Source of the DNA: an uncultured Desulfospira sp.
GTDB lineage: Bacteria > Desulfobacterota > Desulfobacteria > Desulfobacterales > Desulfobacteraceae
DNA length: 64,000 nucleotides
Direction: 5' to 3'
Assembly (NCBI GenBank): GCA_963663165.1
Contig: OY760175.1
Coordinates: 2,048,001-2,112,000 of the forward strand
The translations under genes were made by a program, and so were the position numbers. Numbering within the stretch: position 1 is the stretch's first letter; each line of letters begins with the position of its first letter. Shown piece after piece: positions 29,150 to 38,288 of the stretch. Below the pieces are notes generated by a model. It saw nothing but the letters and a program-made list of their open reading frames with translations. It made no database searches and was not told where the DNA came from.

Positions 29150-31435
29150 TTGGGTAAGCCCCTGATCATAGTCGAATCCCCAACCAAAATCAAAACCCTG
29201 AAAAAATATGTGGGCAAGGAATATAATGTGGCGGCCAGTGCCGGCCATATCCGGGACCTTCCGGTCAAAAACCTGGGAATCGACGTTGATGACAACTTTA
29301 AAGCCAAATACGTAAACATTAAAGATAAATCAAAAGTGATTTCCGGGTTAAAGCAGAGTGCCAAAAACAGCAGCGACATCTATCTTGCCCCTGACCCTGA
29401 CCGGGAAGGAGAGGCCATTGCCTTTCACATCATGGATATCCTTAAACACAAGGACAGAAAATTTCACCGGGTCCTGATCCATGAGCTGACCAAAAAGGGC
29501 ATTACCGAAGCCCTTGACCACCCGCTGGAACCGAATAAGGACAAATATGACGCCCAGCAGGCCAGAAGAAAACTGGACCGGTTAGTGGGGTACCAGATCT
29601 CCCCCTTACTGTGGCAGAAGGTGCAGCGGGGTTTGAGCGCCGGCCGGGTCCAGTCTGTGGCTGTTCGAATCATCTGTGACCGGGAACGGGAAATCCGAAA
29701 ATTTGTCCCCGAAGAATACTGGACCATCACCGCAGATCTTATGAGCGGGACCCCTCCTTTATTTAACGCGGCCCTGGTTAAAATAGGCGATCAAAAAATT
29801 GACCACAAAAAATATAAAATTGAAAACCAGGCCCAGGCCGACAAAATTGTAAACGACCTGAAGGGGGCTGATTTCATCGTGGATGAAATCCGGAAAAAAA
29901 CCGTTAAGCGAACCCCGCTGCCCCCGTTTATCACCAGCAAACTTCAACAGGACGCCATCAACCGCCTGCGGTTTTCCGCTAAAAAAACCATGATGGTGGC
30001 CCAGCAGCTGTACGAGGGGATTGAAATCGGCACCGGGGGCCCCGAAGGCCTGATCACCTATATGAGGACCGACTCCACACGGATTGCCCCGGAAGCGGCC
30101 CAGGAGGCAAAGGACCTTATCCTCCAGGAATACGGAACCGATTATGCCCTGAACAAACCCCGGTTTTTTAAAAACAAAAACAAGGCCCAGGACGCCCACG
30201 AAGCCATCAGGCCGACCTCGGTGTTCAATATACCGGAAAAAATAAAATCCTATCTGTCCCCGGACCAGTTCAAACTTTATGACCTGATCTGGAAACGGTT
30301 TGTGGCCTCCCAGATGGCCCAGGCCCTGGTGGATCAGAAATCCATTCTCATCAAGGCCGGGGAGCCTTACCTGTTTTCCGTATCCGGTTCCACCGTGACA
30401 TTTCCCGGGTTTATGAAGCTGTATGCCATTGCTGAAAACGGGGACGGGAAAGACATCCAGGCCCTTCCAAACGTGACTCAAGGCACCCGGCTTTCCTGCG
30501 AAAAAATCAATCCGGACCAGCACTTTACCAAGCCCCCGCCCAGGTTTACCGAAGCCTCCCTGGTCAAGGAACTTGAAAAAAACGGAATCGGAAGGCCCTC
30601 CACCTATGCCTCCATTTTAAGTGTCATCCGGGACAAGGGGTATGTGGACCTGGTCAACCGGGCTTTTGTTCCCAGTGAACTCGGGTTTATTGTCAACGAC
30701 CTTTTGGTGGCGTCCTTTCCCGATTTGCTCAACATCTCCTTTACCGCCCAGATGGAGACCAACCTGGACGATGTGGAAAACGGGGACCTCAATGAAGTGG
30801 ACCTGCTGTCAAAGTTTTACTCCGGGTTTAAAAAGACCCTGGACAAGGCCTCGGAACAGATGGTCAGCGTCAAGGGGGTGGGAATTGAAACCGGCCTTCA
30901 ATGCCCTTCCTGCGGCAAACCCTTGAACATCAAAATCGGCCGGAACGGCCATTTCCTGGCCTGTACGGGTTATCCGGAATGCACCTTTACCTCCAATTAC
31001 ACCAGGGATGAAAAGGGACAGATCGCCATTGTGGAAAAACAGGTGGATGACACCCCGGTCAAAGACTGCCCGGAATGCGGCAAGCCCATGGTGGCCAAAG
31101 AGGGACGGTTTGGGGTCTTTCTGGCCTGTACCGGATATCCTGAATGCAAACATACCGAATCCCTGCAACAGGAAAACGCCGCCAAAGACACCGGGGTGGC
31201 CTGCCCTGAACCCGGCTGTACCGGGACCATCGTTGAAAAGAAATCCAAACGGGGAAAGGTTTTTTACGGCTGTTCCAAATACCCGGACTGCAAATTTGCC
31301 TCCTGGGACAAACCGGTCAACAAAGAATGTCCGGTCTGTGGAGGCCGTTACCTGGTGGAAAAAGAAACCAAACGGGATGGGAAATTTCTAAAGTGTCCGG
31401 ACAGGGAGTGCGGACATCAAGAAACAAGAGACTAG
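29150..31435 (+). CDS. topA: DNA topoisomerase I
   Basis: IVESPTK, DPDREGEAI, SAGRVQS, ITYMRTDS, GIGRPSTY, C-terminal Zn ribbons. Confidence 0.98.
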   Translation: MGKPLIIVESPTKIKTLKKYVGKEYNVAASAGHIRDLPVKNLGIDVDDNFKAKYVNIKDKSKVISGLKQSAKNSSDIYLAPDPDREGEAIAFHIMDILKHKDRKFHRVLIHELTKKGITEALDHPLEPNKDKYDAQQARRKLDRLVGYQISPLLWQKVQRGLSAGRVQSVAVRIICDREREIRKFVPEEYWTITADLMSGTPPLFNAALVKIGDQKIDHKKYKIENQAQADKIVNDLKGADFIVDEIRKKTVKRTPLPPFITSKLQQDAINRLRFSAKKTMMVAQQLYEGIEIGTGGPEGLITYMRTDSTRIAPEAAQEAKDLILQEYGTDYALNKPRFFKNKNKAQDAHEAIRPTSVFNIPEKIKSYLSPDQFKLYDLIWKRFVASQMAQALVDQKSILIKAGEPYLFSVSGSTVTFPGFMKLYAIAENGDGKDIQALPNVTQGTRLSCEKINPDQHFTKPPPRFTEASLVKELEKNGIGRPSTYASILSVIRDKGYVDLVNRAFVPSELGFIVNDLLVASFPDLLNISFTAQMETNLDDVENGDLNEVDLLSKFYSGFKKTLDKASEQMVSVKGVGIETGLQCPSCGKPLNIKIGRNGHFLACTGYPECTFTSNYTRDEKGQIAIVEKQVDDTPVKDCPECGKPMVAKEGRFGVFLACTGYPECKHTESLQQENAAKDTGVACPEPGCTGTIVEKKSKRGKVFYGCSKYPDCKFASWDKPVNKECPVCGGRYLVEKETKRDGKFLKCPDRECGHQETRD

Positions 31436-31478
31436 ATACAAGAAAAGCGCCTTGTCTCTTGTTTCTTGTTTCTTGTCT
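31418..31478. repeat. Inverted heptamer arrays (CAAGARA)x4 / (CTTGTYT)x4 between convergent topA and efp
   Basis: CAAGAAA CAAGAGA CTAGATA CAAGAAA agcgc CTTGTCT CTTGTTT CTTGTTT CTTGTCT. Confidence 0.8.
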
Positions 31479-32040
31479 ATTCGTTCACCCGTTCTACATA
31501 CTCCCGGGTCCGGGTGTCGATTTTCACCATCTGCCCTTCGTCTACAAAGGGGGGAACCTGGATTTCAAACCCGGTTTCAAGGGTGGCGGGTTTGGTGCTT
31601 CCCGTGGCCGTGTCGCCCTTGGCCCAAGGCTCGGCTTTGGTGACGGTCAGGTTGACAAAATTGGGCAGTGTCAGGCCGATGGGGTTGCCGTTGTGAAGCA
31701 GCACCGTACACAGGGTGTTTTCCTTGAGCAGGTCAATGGCATCCCCGAGCTGATCCTTGGTCATGAATACCTGTTCATAATTTGACGAGTTCATGAAACA
31801 ATAGGCGTTCTGATCGGCATACAGATATTCCATGTCCTGTTCTGCCAGGTCAGCTTTATCAAATTTATCCCCTGACCTGTAAGTCCGTTCGAACTGGGCA
31901 CCGGTGATCATATTCTTAAGCTTGCACTTGTAAAGGGACTGGCCCTTGCCCGGCTTTTTAAATTCAAACCCGACAATAATATGCGGTTCTCCGTCGATTT
32001 CAAATTTCAGGCCTTTTCTTAAATCACTGGCTAGATACAT
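31477..32040 (-). CDS. efp: Elongation factor P
   Basis: KPGKG loop, KGDTATG, KPATLETG, VPPFV. ATG 32040 with AGGAG RBS. Confidence 0.97.
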   Translation of the reverse strand: MYLASDLRKGLKFEIDGEPHIIVGFEFKKPGKGQSLYKCKLKNMITGAQFERTYRSGDKFDKADLAEQDMEYLYADQNAYCFMNSSNYEQVFMTKDQLGDAIDLLKENTLCTVLLHNGNPIGLTLPNFVNLTVTKAEPWAKGDTATGSTKPATLETGFEIQVPPFVDEGQMVKIDTRTREYVERVNE

Positions 32041-32236
32041 TCTGGCTCCTAAACTTTTTTTGCCGGCCGTTTTGGCAAAACATCCTATAACGACTGGCAT
32101 TTATGGTTGGTTTGGCCCGGCTGGGCACAAGGGGTTCAATATTGACCCGTATAAAAGCATAATCGGGCTTTCTTGGCAAGGATCTTCAAAAAGCGCTTGC
32201 ATTTTTATCCCAATTATAGGAAAAAATATGATTCAC

Positions 32237-32331
32237 TAACGGCCACGGGCCGCCTTGGTTATCCAACCAAGAACCGCCCACAACAAATAATGAAAGTCTT
32301 CTCAAAATGTTAGTGAGACTTTCATATAAAA
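32237..32331 (+). repeat. Repeat family A copy upstream of guaA
   Basis: TAACGGCCACGGGCCGCCTTGGTTATCCAACCAAGAACCGCCCACAACAAATAATGAAAGTC...GAGACTTTCATATAAAA. Confidence 0.92.
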
Positions 32332-32375
32332 CCGCACCATATTTGCCAAACATCAAAAAAGTGGAAAAAACCGGC

Positions 32376-33905
32376 ATGATCATAGTTATTGATTTTGGAT
32401 CACAATTTAATCAGCTTATCGCCAGGAGAGTCAGGGAACATAAGGTTTACTGCCAGGTGGAACCCGCCCAGATCTCCATTGAAAAAATAAAATCCCTTAA
32501 CCCGGAAGGGATCATTTTATCAGGCGGGCCGTCCAGCATCTATGAAGACAACAGCCCGACCATAGATAAGGCCCTGTTCGACTTAGGGGTCCCGGTACTC
32601 GGCATCTGCTACGGGATGCATTACATGGTCCATGTTCTGGGCGGAAAGATTGAACGGGCCCGGAAAAGGGAATACGGGTTTGCCAACCTTGACATCAAGG
32701 GGTCCTGCCCGTTGTTCAAAGATATGGAAAACAGCTTTCAGTGCTGGATGAGCCATGGCGACTCAGCCATTGAACTGCCCCCGGGGTTTGAGGTGACGGC
32801 GTCCACGGAGAATACCGCCATTGCCGGCATTGCCGACCATAAACGAAAATTTTTCGGGCTTCAGCTTCATCCGGAAGTGGAGCATTCCGTTAACGGCTCG
32901 CTGATGATCCGCCACTTTCTGTTTGACGTCTGCGGCTGTGAAGAAAGCTGGACCATGAAGTCCTTTGTGGATGGTGCAGTGGCCCAGATCAAAGACGCCG
33001 TCGGAGACGACAAGGTGATCATGGGCCTTTCCGGCGGCGTAGATTCCTCGGTGGCCGCCACCCTGATTCACAAGGCCATCGGCAAAAACCTTTACTGCAT
33101 CTTTGTGGACAACGGACTGCTCAGGAAAAACGAAAAAGAGCAGCTCCAACAGAGCCTGACATCCCACCTTGATTTAAACATCAAATTCGTGGATGCCGGA
33201 CAGCGCTTCTTAACGGCCTTAGAGGGCGTGACCGATCCGGAGATCAAGCGCAAAACCATCGGCAACCTGTTTATTGAGGTGTTTGACGAGGAGGCCGGAA
33301 AAATTGAAGGGGCGCGGTTTTTGGGACAGGGCACCCTTTACCCGGATATTATTGAGTCCAAATCCGCCTTTGGGGGCCCCACCTCCATTATCAAATCCCA
33401 CCACAACGTGGGCGGGCTGCCCGAAAAAATGAAGCTCAAACTCATTGAACCCCTGCAACTGCTGTTTAAAGACGAGGTCAGAAAACTTGGCCTGGAACTG
33501 GGCATCAGCGAAGACCTGGTCTGGCGGCAGCCCTTCCCCGGCCCCGGCCTTGCCATCAGGATCATGGGAGAGATTACCAAAGAACGGCTGGATATCTTAA
33601 GAACCGCCGACGGGATCCTTCTTGAAGAAATCAAGGCCGCCGGGCTGTACCGGAAACTGTGGCAGTCCTTTGCCGTCCTGCTGCCCGTCAAAAGCGTGGG
33701 GGTCATGGGGGACAAACGGACCTTTGCCAACTGCGTGGCCATCCGGGCTGTCACCAGCACCGACGCCATGACCGCAGACTGGGCCAAACTGCCTCACGAC
33801 CTTTTGGGGAAAATATCCAACCGGATCATCAACGAAGCCGAACAGATCAACCGGGTGGTGTTTGACATCACATCCAAACCCCCCGGAACCATTGAATGGG
33901 AGTAA
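32376..33905 (+). CDS. guaA: GMP synthase (glutamine-hydrolysing)
   Basis: DFGSQ, GICYG, MSHGD, SGGVDS, IKSHHNVGG, KPPGTIEWE. Confidence 0.98.
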   Translation: MIIVIDFGSQFNQLIARRVREHKVYCQVEPAQISIEKIKSLNPEGIILSGGPSSIYEDNSPTIDKALFDLGVPVLGICYGMHYMVHVLGGKIERARKREYGFANLDIKGSCPLFKDMENSFQCWMSHGDSAIELPPGFEVTASTENTAIAGIADHKRKFFGLQLHPEVEHSVNGSLMIRHFLFDVCGCEESWTMKSFVDGAVAQIKDAVGDDKVIMGLSGGVDSSVAATLIHKAIGKNLYCIFVDNGLLRKNEKEQLQQSLTSHLDLNIKFVDAGQRFLTALEGVTDPEIKRKTIGNLFIEVFDEEAGKIEGARFLGQGTLYPDIIESKSAFGGPTSIIKSHHNVGGLPEKMKLKLIEPLQLLFKDEVRKLGLELGISEDLVWRQPFPGPGLAIRIMGEITKERLDILRTADGILLEEIKAAGLYRKLWQSFAVLLPVKSVGVMGDKRTFANCVAIRAVTSTDAMTADWAKLPHDLLGKISNRIINEAEQINRVVFDITSKPPGTIEWE

Positions 33906-33913
33906 AACGTCCC

Positions 33914-34933
33914 ATGAGCCTGAAAGATTATAAAAGCGACGATCTGGACCTGCCCGAAGACCCGGGCGGTATCCCTTCCTCAGGATACCAGCAGGAAATC
34001 AATACCCTGAAAATTGAGAAATTATCCAACCGGGTTACCATCATCTCCGTTATTATTCCCGTTCTGATTACGGCTATCCTGGCCTTTGCCTATATGGATA
34101 TGAAAGAGCGGGTCATTGATGTGGATGAGACCAAAAAACACCAGATGGACCAGGTGGCCAAACAGCTGGAAGAAAAGGTCAATGCCCTGGATGTAAGGAT
34201 CGCCAAAAACCGGTTTGATTTTGACCAGAAAGTCCCGGAACTGGCCCAAAAGGGACAGGCCCTTGAAAACCAGGTGGCCAAAATGGAATCTGAAAAGGCC
34301 GGCGACAAAGAATTCAAAAAATTTATGCAGGAAACCGTAACAGCGGTCAAGGATCAAAAAGCCCTGCTGGACAAACTGGGAAAACGGATCCAAAACAACG
34401 CCGATCAGAACAAATCCGCCCTGGAAACCGTGGAACGGATCAATGCGGCCCTCCAAAAAACCATTAAGGAAAATGACACCCATTTCCAGACCGCGGCCAA
34501 AAAGATTCAGGAAGACATCAACCTGTTCAAAGAGGAGTTTGACGCAAGACTCCTGGAACTTGCCGATTATGATCAGGAAATCGCCAAACTGAAAAAAACC
34601 ACCGGCCTTCTGGAAACCCAGATCAAAGAACTGGACAGCCAGAAAATTTCAACCAAGGACGCCCAGACCCGCATGGCCGCGCTTAAGGCCTCCCTTGAAC
34701 AGCTGGTCAAAGAACGGACCAAACCCCAGGCGGCCGCCGTACAATCAAAGCCTTCTATGGCAAAGCCTTCTGAGACAAAGCCTTCGACAGGAACGGTTCA
34801 GGCCAAACCTTCGTCAACGCCCCCAAAACCTGCCCAGACGGTAAAGCAACCCCCTCAGACCATTGAGCCTGCCCTGAGCATTGATACGGACCCGTCAGCC
34901 AAGGGCATATCAGAAGAAACCCTGACTCAGTAA
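33914..34933 (+). CDS. Membrane-anchored coiled-coil hypothetical protein
   Basis: One TM segment, long coiled coil, KPS-repeat Pro-rich tail. Confidence 0.75.
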   Translation: MSLKDYKSDDLDLPEDPGGIPSSGYQQEINTLKIEKLSNRVTIISVIIPVLITAILAFAYMDMKERVIDVDETKKHQMDQVAKQLEEKVNALDVRIAKNRFDFDQKVPELAQKGQALENQVAKMESEKAGDKEFKKFMQETVTAVKDQKALLDKLGKRIQNNADQNKSALETVERINAALQKTIKENDTHFQTAAKKIQEDINLFKEEFDARLLELADYDQEIAKLKKTTGLLETQIKELDSQKISTKDAQTRMAALKASLEQLVKERTKPQAAAVQSKPSMAKPSETKPSTGTVQAKPSSTPPKPAQTVKQPPQTIEPALSIDTDPSAKGISEETLTQ

Positions 34934-36168
34934 CGGATCACCAGCCGGTCACCGGGGTGGATGACCTTTTTTTTGCCGAAGTGATTGAGCTTGAGCAAGG
35001 CGGAAAGGGACATGCCATATTTCCTGGCAATCCCGCCAAGGCTTTCCCCGGGTCTGACCACATGGATCCGGGATGTCTGCCGGGTGCTTTGTTTGGTCTC
35101 CCCGGCCTGGCATAATTTGGCAAATTCTTCCTTAAATCCCTTATCCGCCCCCTTGGGCACCAGAAGCTGGGTTTTGCCCGGCCCCAGGATGTACCCGCGG
35201 ATCTCAGGGTTCATATCCTTGATGGTTTTAAAGGACACCCCTGCGGCCTTGGCAATGTTAAGGATGGGAACATCCTTGCTGGTATTGACCTCTATTTCGG
35301 AAAAGGTCAGCGGCGGGTAAAGATCGGATTCAATATAATCAAACCCATAGGCGGCCGGATTGTCCAGGATCAGCTTAACCGCCACGGCCCGAAATACATA
35401 CCGCTGGGTTTCCCGGTAAAGGTAAAGGGAAAAATAATCCCGGGTATCCTGGGAATCGATTTCCCCCTGCAGTCCGCTTTCTCCCATGTTGTAGGCGGAC
35501 ATGGCCAGAAGATAGGAGCCGAACTGGGCATACAGTTTTTTAAGGTACTGACAGGCGGCCCGGGTGGATTTGAACAGGTTGCGCCGCTCGTCAACCCGGG
35601 AGTTGATGGTCAGGCCGTATCTTCTGCCCGTGCTTTTCATGAACTGCCACAACCCCACCGCGCCGGCCGATGACTGGGCATGGGGCCGCAAAGAGCTTTC
35701 AATTACCGTGATATATTTCAAATCCATGGGAAGTCCTTCCTGGGCCAGGATGGCTTCAACATGGGGAAAATACCGGCCACTGCGCTTAATCCAGAGGATG
35801 ACCTGGGCGCGGTCCCAGAGCATCAGGAGCATCTCCATTTCCAGCCGCTGTCTCACCTCTATGTCTTCAATGGGAATCCTTGTCCCGCAAAAGGTGATGG
35901 GGCCTTTAAACCGGATGCTCTCCATTAAGGAGGGGATCTTTTCCCGGCCCAGGGACATTTCTTCAGGTCCCGGGGAGCCCTGCTTTTCAGGGCTTGGGGA
36001 TATCTTTTCAGGCACTTTATGGGACGTCTTTTCCGGTACCGGATGGGATATGGTTCCGGAACTTACGGCCACGGGTTCGGTTTTTTCACAAAATCCCGGG
36101 GAAAGCATAAAACAGAAAACAAACAGTACAGCCCATCCGATCTTCAGGATGACAGGTGGTTGGCGCAT
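34927..36168 (-). CDS. MltD-like lytic transglycosylase with LysM
   Basis: IESS, AVGLWQFM, SAYNMG, ETQRYV, C-terminal LysM HVVRPGESLGGIA. Start placed at ATG 36168. Confidence 0.88.
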   Translation of the reverse strand: MRQPPVILKIGWAVLFVFCFMLSPGFCEKTEPVAVSSGTISHPVPEKTSHKVPEKISPSPEKQGSPGPEEMSLGREKIPSLMESIRFKGPITFCGTRIPIEDIEVRQRLEMEMLLMLWDRAQVILWIKRSGRYFPHVEAILAQEGLPMDLKYITVIESSLRPHAQSSAGAVGLWQFMKSTGRRYGLTINSRVDERRNLFKSTRAACQYLKKLYAQFGSYLLAMSAYNMGESGLQGEIDSQDTRDYFSLYLYRETQRYVFRAVAVKLILDNPAAYGFDYIESDLYPPLTFSEIEVNTSKDVPILNIAKAAGVSFKTIKDMNPEIRGYILGPGKTQLLVPKGADKGFKEEFAKLCQAGETKQSTRQTSRIHVVRPGESLGGIARKYGMSLSALLKLNHFGKKKVIHPGDRLVIRY

Positions 36169-36197
36169 ATCGTCATTATCCTTATTGATTTTTTTAA

Positions 36198-36310
36198 ATT
36201 GAGAAAAAGCAAGCCATTCAACCGGAAACCGGCACATGACTGGTATCATGACAAAAATAAGACTTAAAGTCAATTTACCCATATCCGGGGCACGGGGTGA
36301 TCGCATGTAA
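36198..36310 (-). promoter_or_regulatory. Putative sigma70 promoter block, copy 1 (upstream of the mltD-like gene)
   Basis: TTGACT-N17-CATGAT on the minus strand; duplicated at 37949-38063. Confidence 0.65.
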
Positions 36311-36416
36311 CTTGCATACTGGTGATGCCGATTTCGATGATAAGGATAATAATAAAAAGGAAACCGGAAGGAAGGGAGACGGGAGACCGAAACCGTCAAG
36401 TTCCCTGGTTTGAGCG

Positions 36417-36473
36417 GTAGGGTTGGAGCGGGCCATGCCCGCGATCGAATCGCGGGAATGGCCCGCTCCAACC
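36417..36473. repeat. REP-like inverted doublet
   Basis: GTAG followed by 25-bp arms GGTTGGAGCGGGCCATGCCCGCGAT / ATCGCGGGAATGGCCCGCTCCAACC with 1 mismatch; each arm is internally palindromic. Confidence 0.8.
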
Positions 36474-36499
36474 TTGCATTGACCAAAAATGTAACGATC

Positions 36500-36648
36500 G
36501 TAATTCCGGGCGTAATTCCGTAATTCTCAAATTCTGTAATTCCGCCTAATTCCGGGGACACGATACAAAAATATTGGCAAGCGTATTTTAATTTTGTCTC
36601 GTGTCCACGGAATCCGCATGTGTTCCCAAAATCCACACCCGGAATCCA
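36500..36648. repeat. 22-bp inverted repeat flanked by AATTC/AATCC stutter repeats
   Basis: ATTCCGGGGACACGATACAAAA (36549-36570) pairs with TTTTGTCTCGTGTCCACGGAAT (36592-36613) at 20/22. Confidence 0.7.
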
Positions 36649-36659
36649 CTGCTGAACAG

Positions 36660-36992
36660 TTACTCTTTTTTTTGCATTCCAATCAGGTGCTGGGCGCGAA
36701 CCCTTCGGGTCGCCTGCACCAAATCACTCATTCGGCCCTGGCTGGACTTGGCTTGAACATGCTTGGTGATATCGTCAATGGTTTTCTGAATATCATCCGA
36801 TTCCATCCCGTACAAGGCAATGTATCTGGCCTGGCCATCCTCAGGATTGATGTTCTCGTAGCGGTCGACGCGGACAACGGCCGGCAGTTCAAGCATGTCG
36901 GGCAGGTGAATGTTATTGTACCACTCGTTAAACTCCGCCTCGCGATCAGGATCAATACAATTGCTTTCAACAATTAACAGCCATTTTTTCAT
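36660..36992 (-). CDS. EthD/DUF4286-like dimeric alpha-beta barrel protein
   Basis: REAEFNEWYNNIHLPDML...RYIALY; GGAGG RBS. Confidence 0.75.
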   Translation of the reverse strand: MKKWLLIVESNCIDPDREAEFNEWYNNIHLPDMLELPAVVRVDRYENINPEDGQARYIALYGMESDDIQKTIDDITKHVQAKSSQGRMSDLVQATRRVRAQHLIGMQKKE

Positions 36993-37888
36993 GTTTTTAC
37001 CTCCATGGTCTTTGATCGGCCCGTGGCCGTTAGTACCAGTATATTGCCGATCAGGGTGATCAATACCCCTGTCACGGCCGTCAAGGACCAGTGATAGCCC
37101 TCAAACAGCGTAGACAAGGACAACGCAATGACCGGAAAGAGTACGGTGGCATAGGCCGCTTTTTCTGCGTCAATGCGCCCTAACAGTGCAAAGTAGGCGG
37201 CAAAGGCGACAAGAGAACCAATAATGGCCAGATACGCTAAAGAAAGCACATAGGGCAGCCTTGCATCAAACACAAAATGCTTGCCGCTGGCAAAAAGAAA
37301 TAAAGTGAGCAGAACGGTGCCATAAAACATGGCCCAGGCGGTGTTGCCGGTAACGGCAAGGCCGGCCTTCCGGTTGCGGGCGGAAACAATACTGCCCATT
37401 GAAAAACAAAGGGTACCGCCCAAACTGAGAATCAATCCCTGGCCGGCCCCGGACCCAAGCGAGACACCGGACAGTTCCGGCGAAAACACAATACAGATTC
37501 CGCAAATGCCCAGGCAGGCGCCCGATACGACGCTGCCGGCCGGTCTGCGGCGAAGAATGAGCCCATTGAACAACAGGGTCATGGCCGAAGCCGTTGAAAA
37601 GATCACGGCGATCAATCCCGTGGTCAGGAATGCCGCGGCATGGTAGAAAAGAAAAAAATTGGTTGAAAAAATCAATGCCCCCTGAAGCGCCATCCACAGA
37701 TGCTGCCGGAAGGTAAACCGCAATGGCCGGCGCCTGAGCACGGCCCATGTAAACATGCAGATGGCTGCGACACCAATCCGATAGGCAACGGAAGCCTCCG
37801 GCGGGACATCGCCCACCTGAAATCTAACCGCCAGCCAGGTAGACCCCCAGATGAACACTACCAGTGTATACAAAGACATTGTAACCAT
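36989..37888 (-). CDS. EamA/DMT family transporter
   Basis: IWGSTWLAV, ten hydrophobic segments, YLAIIGSLVAF. Confidence 0.92.
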   Translation of the reverse strand: MVTMSLYTLVVFIWGSTWLAVRFQVGDVPPEASVAYRIGVAAICMFTWAVLRRRPLRFTFRQHLWMALQGALIFSTNFFLFYHAAAFLTTGLIAVIFSTASAMTLLFNGLILRRRPAGSVVSGACLGICGICIVFSPELSGVSLGSGAGQGLILSLGGTLCFSMGSIVSARNRKAGLAVTGNTAWAMFYGTVLLTLFLFASGKHFVFDARLPYVLSLAYLAIIGSLVAFAAYFALLGRIDAEKAAYATVLFPVIALSLSTLFEGYHWSLTAVTGVLITLIGNILVLTATGRSKTMEVKT

Positions 37889-37948
37889 GGGCTGCCCTCC
37901 AGATTATGGCGGCTCCCATGCGCCAATCAGGCATTGAATACTGAAACC

Positions 37949-38063
37949 ATTGAGAAAAAACAATAAATTCAACGGGGAACCGGCATCCGGCTGGTATCAT
38001 GACAAAAATAAGGATCAATGTCAATTTGCCCTGCGGGGCAGTCCCACGGGCCATTGCATGTAA
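37949..38063 (-). promoter_or_regulatory. Putative sigma70 promoter block, copy 2 (upstream of the DMT gene)
   Basis: TTGACA-N17-CATGAT; 22-bp core CTGGTATCATGACAAAAATAAG identical to 36240-36261. Confidence 0.65.
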
Positions 38064-38181
38064 AAAAGCAATCCATTTCGGAATGGGGAATTAGGTTTGG
38101 CTTACACCAACCGACACAGAGGGCCGGACCTTGAAAACCTGTGTCCATGGCAATCGTCCAGAACTATTTTTTACATGAGAC

Positions 38182-38245
38182 TGCCATGGTCTCTTGTCTC
38201 TTGTCTCTTGTCTCTTGTTTCTTGTTTCTTGTTTCTTGCCATGGT
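38182..38245 (+). repeat. Heptamer array (YTCTTGT)x7 bracketed by TGCCATGGT direct repeats
   Basis: TGCCATGGT (CTCTTGT)4 (TTCTTGT)2 TTCT TGCCATGGT. Confidence 0.88.
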
Positions 38246-38288
38246 ATACGGAAAGCTGTTTTACAACCCTTCAGGCAACCTTATTTTT

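Noticed and set aside
36169..36636. 156-aa N-terminal extension of the mltD-like ORF
   Set aside because: It runs through promoter and REP repeats; the signal-like sequence starts at 36168.
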